From a virus (lineage: Duplodnaviria > Heunggongvirae > Uroviricota > Caudoviricetes): DNA of 51,166 nt. Positions 45,099 through 51,166 of the stretch are shown piece after piece. Location: the IMG/VR virus record IMGVR_UViG_3300044638_003984; one strand, written 5' to 3'. The translations under genes and the position numbers were made by a program. Numbering within the stretch: the stretch's first letter is position 1; each line of letters opens with the position of its first letter. Below the pieces are notes generated by a model, which saw nothing but the letters and a program-made list of their open reading frames with translations, was not told where the DNA came from and searched no databases.

Positions 45099-45283
45099 TT
45101 GTTTGAAACTCCTTCAAGATATTCTACTGCAGAGAAGAAATCTGCAAAGTATTGTTTTGAGTTATTGATAACTGAGAGGGAAATCCATTGCTGCTCATCA
45201 AAAAATTGACCACGCCAGATACAGCCGATCGCCCTACCAGTCGAGTCGAAAACAATTTTCCCATCTTTGATCTTTACTTCCAT
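45092..45283 (-). CDS. Hypothetical protein
   Basis: 63 aa, with an AGGTGA RBS and its own promoter. Confidence 0.65.
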   Translation of the reverse strand: MEVKIKDGKIVFDSTGRAIGCIWRGQFFDEQQWISLSVINNSKQYFADFFSAVEYLEGVSNKW

Positions 45284-45300
45284 TCATCACCTACTATTCA

Positions 45301-45329
45301 AGTATACTAAATTTTTTGGTGGGAAGCAA
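45301..45329 (-). promoter_or_regulatory. Early sigma70 promoter TTGCTT-N17-TATACT, with the -35 in the loop of a GGTGGG/CCCACC hairpin
   Basis: 17-nt spacing; upstream AAAAATATTTT tract. Confidence 0.7.
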
Positions 45330-45351
45330 GCCCACCCAAAATATTTTTCGG

Positions 45352-45453
45352 TTACTTCCTGCGGAGGCAGGTCGTCTCGGCGATGTCCAGGAAGTCTTCC
45401 CGATCAGAAGCGAAAGTCAGAATCTTCGCAAGCTTCAGAACCATACGAAGGCT
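45352..45453 (-). pseudogene. Orphan duplicate of the AAA ATPase C-terminus
   Basis: Translates to SLRMVLKLAKILTFASDREDFLDIAETTCLRRK*, 18/32 identical to the ATPase end SLRSVIKAAQILAFSENKEDFHDIMMTTGFRR*. Confidence 0.85.
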
Positions 45454-45468
45454 AGAAAATTAAATTTA

Positions 45469-45515
45469 TATAAATAAAATGAGGGAATAAAGTGTTATCA
45501 GCACTGTAATCCCTC
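45469..45515 (+). promoter_or_regulatory. Late promoter TATAAATA (45469-76) plus a leader hairpin (45481-45515) for the homing endonuclease
   Basis: GAGGGA...AGTG-TTATCAG-CACT...TCCCTC stem-loop directly after a perfect late consensus. Confidence 0.75.
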
Positions 45516-45543
45516 TAAACACAAACTAAGGACTAGTTAGCTT

Positions 45544-46380
45544 ATGTCTAATACTATTTATTGCACTTACCTCACAATTTATTCTGGGAACAAACTTCCT
45601 ACATTTTATATTGGATCTACTTCTGTCGAAAAAATCGAACAAGGTTATCGTGGTTCAGTTTCTTCAAAACGATATCAATCTATATGGGAAAAAGAATTAA
45701 AATTTAATTCTAACTTATTCAAAACAAGAATAATAACAAGACACAATACGAGAGAAGAAGCTCTAGAAAAAGAAAAATATTTTCAGAAATCTCTTAATGT
45801 TGTGAAATCGCCTATGTACATTAATTGCGCATATGCGCAATTAAATGGTTATGCTGGAATGGATGTTAGTGGAGAACTAAACCCAATGTTTGGCAAAACA
45901 CATTCTGAAGAAACAAAAAAACTTATAACTGAAAAGTCTATAGGAAAAATACTGTCATCGGAGACAAAAAAGAAAATTTCTATTTCCAATAAAGGAAGAA
46001 AACTTTCAGAAAAATGTTGTTTAGAAAAATCAATTAGAATGCGTGGAGAAAATAATCATATGTTTGGAAAACCTCTGTCTGTAGAAAGAAAAGTCGCAAT
46101 TTCTGAACGTAATAGAAAGAGAAAAGGCGAAAAAAGAAATCCGCTTAGTACAGAACAAAAAGTTCAAATTGCAAGAAATAAAAGAAGTAAGCTACAAAAA
46201 TTTTGTTTTATTCACGAGTCAGGTTTAATAGAATTAGATATTACTAGACCAGACTTACGTGACAAATACCCAGATCATAAACTTCATATTGGTAATCTCA
46301 GTTCTGTATGTTCAAAGAAAGTTACTCATTACAAAGGATGGTCCCTTCTTATTACCGACGAAAACCAGTCGTCATCATAA
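45544..46380 (+). mobile_element. Free-standing GIY-YIG (Seg-like) homing endonuclease with NUMOD3 DNA-binding repeats
   Basis: YCTY...FYIGST...YRGS, catalytic Glu in EEALEKE and the YIN motif; NPMFGKTHSEETK repeats; very AT-rich and antisense to its neighbours. Confidence 0.85.
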
Positions 46381-47335
46381 TATCGTGGAAGTCTTCCTTA
46401 TTTTCCGAGAAGGCAAGAATCTGCGCCGCTTTGATGACAGAACGAAGCGACAAATCCCGCATTTTCTGATAATTCGTCTTCACGTACGACACGAGGAAAG
46501 TCGTATCCGATTCGTCAAGACCAAGGGTGTAAGCCATATCCGAATTCTTCAGAACGTCTTCGATTCGCAGGATGTACTCACGAGTCGAACCAAAGTTCAG
46601 ATCAATATAGAACGAACGGGAAATGAGAGCCTGGAAGTGTGGCGCCATCATCTTGCCCTGAGCGATCGCAGTTTCAAAATTCTTGTTCGTGATGAAGATC
46701 ATCGAACCACGATATTCAAATTCATTCGGAATCGCTTCGCCCAACTCGTCAACGAACATCTTTTCTGAAGCCCAGGAGATCACCCGCCGCTTCGACGAAT
46801 CAAGAGCTGCCTTCAGGATATTCATCGCAACTTCATCATCGAATGCCGAATCAGCGTCGTCGATCAGGATAACAGCATTGTCGTGACGATTTTCCCACAG
46901 AGCCTTGAAGAGACCAGTCGCCTTCACGAAGCCAGTGATCTTCTTGTACTTGATCTCGCCGTCCATCTCAGCACGCTCCAACATACCTTCGATCGTGTAG
47001 GTCTTACCGATACCAGCCGGACCAGAAACGATCATCGAACGAACCTTACCAGAAATGACACCCGAAGCCATCCGATCAAGCGTACGGAACCGCCGACGCT
47101 GGCAGTCAAGAATTTCCTCGTCGCTTACTTCAGAAGTCGCTTGATGAGAAGTGGTGTCGGAACCCGAAACGAATTCAGAAATGTCGTAGACTCCACGACC
47201 AATCTTATTCTTCGTCAAGAAGCCAGGATTCACACCATACTTGTTTGCGACAGACATAAGCTGGTCACGATTGACATTCGTTCCAAAAGAAGCAACCAGT
47301 TCGTTGATCAGAGAGATCTTTTTCGTGTCATTCAT
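46352..47335 (-). CDS. AAA-family ATPase conserved in T4-like phages
   Basis: Walker A SGPAGIGKT, Walker B ILIDDAD, LKAALDS, FEYRGSMIFITN and ALISR motifs. Confidence 0.85.
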   Translation of the reverse strand: MNDTKKISLINELVASFGTNVNRDQLMSVANKYGVNPGFLTKNKIGRGVYDISEFVSGSDTTSHQATSEVSDEEILDCQRRRFRTLDRMASGVISGKVRSMIVSGPAGIGKTYTIEGMLERAEMDGEIKYKKITGFVKATGLFKALWENRHDNAVILIDDADSAFDDEVAMNILKAALDSSKRRVISWASEKMFVDELGEAIPNEFEYRGSMIFITNKNFETAIAQGKMMAPHFQALISRSFYIDLNFGSTREYILRIEDVLKNSDMAYTLGLDESDTTFLVSYVKTNYQKMRDLSLRSVIKAAQILAFSENKEDFHDIMMTTGFRR

Positions 47336-47343
47336 ACAAAACC

Positions 47344-47372
47344 ATTATAGCGTATCCAATAGACTATCGCAA
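47344..47372 (-). promoter_or_regulatory. Early promoter TTGCGA-N17-TATAAT, near-leaderless, for the ATPase
   Basis: The ATG lies 8 nt after the -10 box and there is no Shine-Dalgarno sequence. Confidence 0.8.
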
Positions 47373-47406
47373 GCAAATTGCGAAAATATTTCAAAATATT
47401 TCTTCC

Positions 47407-47687
47407 CTTTAGAATCAATAACTTGCAAGGATCGCTTCGCAAGTCATTCAAAACAAAGAGATTCCTGGAATCACTATTAAATACATACGAGTTCTTTCTG
47501 GATTCCTGTATCGTCTTGGAGATCGCAATCTGATCTGGGTGAGGTAACGGGTGCCGGAAAGTCGTTTCTGAATTTCCTGTGAGGAATGATTTTGGATGCA
47601 GGCTGCATCCATAATCGTGGAGCCTATTGGCTGTCAGGAATATTCGCTTTAGAATCAACGACTTGCATCAAACCATTGAAAATAAAG
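47407..47687. repeat. Four copies of a roughly 20-bp motif CTTT(N6)AA(N2)ACTTG arranged as two inverted pairs
   Basis: 47407-27 and 47647-67 are 19/21 identical and 240 bp apart. Inverted partners lie at 47439-58 and 47669-87. Confidence 0.7.
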
Positions 47688-47709
47688 AGAATATTCTTTC
47701 GAAAAAACT

Positions 47710-47737
47710 TTGCTCTGAGATTGAATCGAGGTATAAT
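47710..47737 (+). promoter_or_regulatory. Early promoter TTGCTC-N16-TATAAT, leaderless, for the hexapeptide-repeat gene
   Basis: The ATG at 47744 lies 6 nt after the -10 box. Confidence 0.7.
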
Positions 47738-47743
47738 GGTTCT

Positions 47744-48373
47744 ATGGAATTTGAACAACTGAAATCTATCTTTCCTGACGCAACGCTCGAGACCTGGCAC
47801 TGCCATCCGAACGGAGGAGGCTGGGTCCAGAATTCAGCGATAGTAGAGGATACATCGTTCGTTGGACCGAACGCTTTGGTCTTTGGGAACGCTCGGGTCT
47901 CTGGGACCGCTTCGGTCTTTGGGGACGCTTCGGTCTTTGGGGACGCTTGGGTCTCTGGGACCGCTCGGGTCTCTGGGACCGCTCGGGTCTCTGGGACCGC
48001 TTCGGTCTTTGGGGACGCTTGGGTTTCTGGGACCGCTCGGGTCTCTGGGACCGCTCGGGTCTCTGGGACCGCTCGAGTCTCTGGGAACGCTTCGGTCTCT
48101 GGGGAAGCTTTGGTCTTTGGGAACGCTTCGGTCTCTGGGTTCGCTTCGGTCTCTGAGGAAGCTTTGGTCTATGGGAACGCTTTGGTCTTTGGGAACGCTT
48201 CGGTCTCTGAGGAAGCTTCGGTCTCTGGGTTCGCTTCGGTCTCTGGGGACGCTTCGGTCTCTGGGGTCGCTTCGGTCTCTGGGAACGCTTCGGTCTCTGG
48301 GTTCGCTTCGGTCTCTGGGGACGCTTGGGTCTCTGGGTTCGCTTCGGTCTCTGGGGGCGAAGTCTTGAGATAA
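47744..48373 (+). CDS. Hexapeptide-repeat (left-handed beta-helix) protein
   Basis: WHCHPNGGGWV N-terminal motif, then 26 G-x-A-x-V-(S/F/Y) type repeats. The start is moved to the leaderless ATG. Confidence 0.85.
   Translation: MEFEQLKSIFPDATLETWHCHPNGGGWVQNSAIVEDTSFVGPNALVFGNARVSGTASVFGDASVFGDAWVSGTARVSGTARVSGTASVFGDAWVSGTARVSGTARVSGTARVSGNASVSGEALVFGNASVSGFASVSEEALVYGNALVFGNASVSEEASVSGFASVSGDASVSGVASVSGNASVSGFASVSGDAWVSGFASVSGGEVLR
47885..48352 (+). repeat. 26 x 18-bp tandem coding repeat, GC-rich
   Basis: Consensus GGG NNC GCT TCG GTC TCT. Confidence 0.95.
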
Positions 48374-48386
48374 ATTATATAAAGAC

Positions 48387-48415
48387 TTGACTAACTTGAC
48401 TTTCTACGCTATAAT
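48387..48415 (+). promoter_or_regulatory. Early promoter TTGACT-N17-TATAAT
   Basis: Near-consensus, followed by GAGT-ATG-TAG. Confidence 0.75.
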
Positions 48416-48473
48416 GAGTATGTAGCGGTTTTAAGTAATATCAATATCAGTTAACACTAGTTACTGAAAGGGA

Positions 48474-48695
48474 ATGTGTATGATGAAGTATTCAATGAAA
48501 CAACAGCGTATGTTCATTATTGAACCTGATACTGATTTTGGATTTTCTTATAAGATTCAGATATCTGAAGAAGATGATATTAACTTCATTAAGATCCAAT
48601 ATCTAGAAGGAGATAATGTAATTTCTGAAACAAGATTAGATCCTGAGTGTATTCATCTTATTATCGATGCACTAGAACAGATGATGGAGAATTAA
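48474..48695 (+). CDS. Hypothetical acidic protein
   Basis: 73-aa ORF; the true start is probably 48480 given the RBS spacing. Confidence 0.65.
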   Translation: MCMMKYSMKQQRMFIIEPDTDFGFSYKIQISEEDDINFIKIQYLEGDNVISETRLDPECIHLIIDALEQMMEN

Positions 48696-48820
48696 TGTCT
48701 ATCTTAAATAGACTTTCAATATGGTTCTGTCGTGAATTTCATCATGAAATTACTCGACCAGTATTCGGAAGATATCACTGCATTAAGTGTGGAAGGGAAT
48801 ATAAGTCTCCTTGGAAATAA
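48695..48820 (+). CDS. Small Cys/His zinc-binding-like protein (41 aa; absent from the ORF track)
   Basis: MSILNRLSIWFCREFHHEITRPVFGRYHCIKCGREYKSPWK; TAATG start/stop overlap with the upstream gene. Confidence 0.75.
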   Translation: MSILNRLSIWFCREFHHEITRPVFGRYHCIKCGREYKSPWK

Positions 48821-48825
48821 TACGT

Positions 48826-49317
48826 ATGAATACCATTTGCAATACAGACGACACGATTGACTCGCGAGATCTATGCAGTCAGCTCCAGCTATTGAAGGAT
48901 GACTTAGAAAGCGAGTATGAAGACTTTATTCTGGAGTTGAGTAATTTATCTGATCAGTACATGAGCCTCATGGATAAGTGGGACATGGTTGAGATACTAA
49001 AGGAGGGGTACTCCTTAGACACATACAAGGATGAGTGCAAGTCAAAACTGATTGACGAGTGGAGATCGATCAAGGATTTTATTGACGAGATCGAGTCCGA
49101 GCGTGGATACGAAGAGACCTATCGCCATGGCGTCACGCTGGTTCACGACAACTACTTCGATAAGTATATCGAAAAAGACCATAACTCCCTGCGGCCACCG
49201 CATAAAGAGAGCTGGCCGTATAATCACATTGACTGGGTGAAAGCCGCTAAACAGCGTCGACAAGACTTCGCTGAGTTGACCTGGGACGGAAATACTTATT
49301 TAGTAGAGAGGGTTTAA
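48826..49317 (+). CDS. Conserved acidic phage protein, distantly ArdA-like
   Basis: NTDDTIDSRD, GVTLVHDNYF..Y, WPY.HIDW..AA and DGNTY motifs; the ATG at 48826 is preferred over the TTG. Confidence 0.6.
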   Translation: MNTICNTDDTIDSRDLCSQLQLLKDDLESEYEDFILELSNLSDQYMSLMDKWDMVEILKEGYSLDTYKDECKSKLIDEWRSIKDFIDEIESERGYEETYRHGVTLVHDNYFDKYIEKDHNSLRPPHKESWPYNHIDWVKAAKQRRQDFAELTWDGNTYLVERV

Positions 49318-49396
49318 TGAATAAGCGAACTATAACTATCCATCAGATATGCATTCAAAAAGCTTGTTTAAGAGTTGTTTAGAATAAATATGAATT

Positions 49397-49540
49397 ATGC
49401 AAACAATAAAGATAGAGATCCCAAAGATTAATATTGGGAAGATTCGATCTGGTGTTATAGCTGGATCAGTTATTAAAACGAAGAAAGAGAAAGCCAAGAA
49501 TTGGCGAAAAAGAAAACATAAGAGGAAGTATGCGGATTAG
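49397..49540 (+). CDS. Small very basic protein (47 aa; absent from the ORF track)
   Basis: MQTIKIEIPKINIGKIRSGVIAGSVIKTKKEKAKNWRKRKHKRKYAD; AATAAATA lies just upstream. Confidence 0.5.
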   Translation: MQTIKIEIPKINIGKIRSGVIAGSVIKTKKEKAKNWRKRKHKRKYAD

Positions 49541-49904
49541 CGAAACAACTACTGACAAGAGCAAGATTGGGTTCAAAGATGCATTCCACGTTCCAGGTAT
49601 TGCTGTTACTTCAGATTTCGAAATTAAACCTGGAACGTATGTTAAATTCTCAGGTTCTTCGATGAAGAAAGTGACAGAAGTCACTGGAGCTGGTCAATTC
49701 CATGGGATTGTTGATCCATTTGTTGATCATTTGATCCCTCCTGGAGAGATTTTCTATGTCATCGTTCATCCGAGTATGAGCAATAATTTGCGTCACGAAT
49801 TCACAATTGACATCTCACTTGCGAAAAACGAACGTGTGTGGACAGAACAGGATGAAGAAGACTCAGATTATCTGAATGATTCATGTAGAGGTTGTTACAA
49901 TTAA
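49530..49904 (+). CDS. Conserved phage hypothetical protein
   Basis: KDAFHV, KPG..V, GIVDPF...GE.F....HP.....LRHEF pattern. Confidence 0.7.
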   Translation: MRISETTTDKSKIGFKDAFHVPGIAVTSDFEIKPGTYVKFSGSSMKKVTEVTGAGQFHGIVDPFVDHLIPPGEIFYVIVHPSMSNNLRHEFTIDISLAKNERVWTEQDEEDSDYLNDSCRGCYN

Positions 49905-50113
49905 TGATTATTCCAAATAAGAAATCTGATGAATCTATCCAAGATCATCAGATTTCTTTTCTATTGGCGTATGGTGCGATCAAGAAAGGGGAAATGTGGT
50001 TCATTCCACCTTTTCCTAATATTAAAGAATTCTATACCAAAACAAGTAACTTGTATATGGCATATACAATCGCTCTTGATGGTGTTAAGTTATTGAAAAA
50101 GAATCAAGGTTAG
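49904..50113 (+). CDS. Hypothetical protein
   Basis: TAATG overlap with the upstream stop. Confidence 0.55.
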   Translation: MIIPNKKSDESIQDHQISFLLAYGAIKKGEMWFIPPFPNIKEFYTKTSNLYMAYTIALDGVKLLKKNQG

Positions 50114-50928
50114 ATCTTTAACAAATCACTAAAAGAATACATATCTTTCATGAAAATAGATGGTGAATCAAGAACACTTGATTCTAGATCCCCTTCTCTT
50201 CGTGGAAGATATTTTATTTTAAACGAACAGTTATTTGTTCTGCAGAATTCTTCGGCAATCTGTTTTACAGTATAACCTTTTCCGTGTCCTAGATTCTCAA
50301 TACGATTTGTTGGCGAATCTAATGAATCGGCGATGGCTGTACAAATTTCCATCACATGGACATAATCTCTGACAGCAGTTCCGTCTGGAGTATTATAATC
50401 ATATCCATAGAGATTGAAATTTCCAGTCTCTTTTGCTTTAATCAGATTGAAGAATAATCCATCTGGATTAGTTGGAGGAAATTTGCCATTCGTTCCGATT
50501 ACATTATAGAAACGGAATATATTGAATGGGATGGATCTAGATGTGCAGTAAGAGCGAACAATATCTTCTGCACATCTTTTCGATAGAGAATATGGAACGA
50601 TAGGAGACGCTGCAGTTCCTGTCGATGCAAATACAAATGATTTGAATGATATGTTTTCTAGAATTCTGAGAGTACCATTCAGATTTGTATTGTAATACTG
50701 TATTGGATTAGAAACTGATTCATTTACACGTACCAAAGCAGCTAAATGAATGACTGTGTCATAAGTATTCAACATTGACAAATCAGATGATGTGATATCT
50801 AATGTTAGATGATCTTTTTCTTGTGTATAAATGATGTCGAGGCCATGAACATCATGGCCTCTTTCTTTAAGTGAATATTTTAGATGGCTACCAATATAGC
50901 CTTGCGAACCAGTAATCAATATTTTCAT
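50110..50928 (-). CDS. NAD-dependent epimerase/dehydratase, UDP-glucose 4-epimerase (GalE)-like
   Basis: ITGSQGYIG Rossmann motif, HLAAL..V.ES, YSLSK (YxxxK), FRFYNVIG, YNTPDGTAVRDYVHV and PRREGD motifs. Confidence 0.85.
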   Translation of the reverse strand: MKILITGSQGYIGSHLKYSLKERGHDVHGLDIIYTQEKDHLTLDITSSDLSMLNTYDTVIHLAALVRVNESVSNPIQYYNTNLNGTLRILENISFKSFVFASTGTAASPIVPYSLSKRCAEDIVRSYCTSRSIPFNIFRFYNVIGTNGKFPPTNPDGLFFNLIKAKETGNFNLYGYDYNTPDGTAVRDYVHVMEICTAIADSLDSPTNRIENLGHGKGYTVKQIAEEFCRTNNCSFKIKYLPRREGDLESSVLDSPSIFMKDMYSFSDLLKI

Positions 50929-50932
50929 ACTA

Positions 50933-51160
50933 TTACTTATTGTATTTTGACTTCATCTCATCTAATTGCTCTTCAATTTCCCAACGTTCTTTCATTGCGA
51001 ATTTCTTAAAGAACATGAGATCTGAGAGAGCAGAATCATATAACTCTTGAGTGATATCTCCTTGAAGTCTCAAGAATTCGAATATATTGACAAGTCGAAA
51101 CCAAGCAGTTTCTTTCATGTCATTCAATAGTGGTTCTACACAATTAGAACATCTAGTCAT
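50933..51160 (-). CDS. Hypothetical protein
   Basis: 75-aa ORF abutting the epimerase gene. Confidence 0.55.
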   Translation of the reverse strand: MTRCSNCVEPLLNDMKETAWFRLVNIFEFLRLQGDITQELYDSALSDLMFFKKFAMKERWEIEEQLDEMKSKYNK

Positions 51161-51166
51161 AATATC

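Noticed and set aside
47332-47658. ORF-track ORFs 47332-47658 and 47241-47480 across the divergent promoter region
   Set aside because: They run through promoters and repeated DNA motifs, show no protein-like conservation, and have no RBS.
47885-48352. 18-bp repeat array as a CRISPR array
   Set aside because: The repeats are contiguous with no unique spacers and encode an in-frame hexapeptide repeat.
47862-48368. Overlapping ORFs 47862-48368 and 47947-48156 in other frames of the repeat
   Set aside because: They are open only because the repeat unit lacks stop codons in those frames.
1-51166. Alternative genetic code (stop-codon reassignment)
   Set aside because: Known genes are full length under the standard code, TAA, TAG and TGA all terminate genes, and no suppressor tRNA is present.

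Overview
This is a 51 kb segment of a large, AT-rich T4-like (Tevenvirinae/Kyanoviridae-style) myophage genome. Bases 1-32.9 kb hold the late baseplate/tail module: tail fibre, a DUF4815/VrlC-like protein, gp8, gp7, gp6, gp25, gp5, a hub protein, gp53, gp48, gp4, a tail-tube paralogue, gp26, gp51 and a tape-measure-like protein. Bases 32.9-37.8 kb hold a DNA hypermodification cluster (TET/JBP dioxygenase plus two glycosyltransferases) and nucleotide-metabolism genes. Bases 37.8-51.2 kb are an accessory/early region with four tRNAs, a degenerate tRNA, a 125-nt tRNA-like RNA, DNA ligase, an AAA ATPase, a GIY-YIG homing endonuclease, a hexapeptide-repeat protein and a GalE-like epimerase. The five most notable observations are: (1) an 11x His-X-Asp repeat protein directly after the tail fibre, followed by an unlisted Cys-motif/SAM-methyltransferase fusion, together a candidate RiPP-like virion-protein modification system; (2) a homing endonuclease flanked by two diverged copies of the ATPase C-terminus; (3) a candidate -1 frameshift fusing gp26 to gp51, like lambda G/GT; (4) an unlisted secreted 9-Cys peptide under a late promoter; (5) leaderless early promoters with a shared upstream motif. 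Several weak clues point to an Acidobacteriota host. Family names come from motif recognition by eye, not from database searches.
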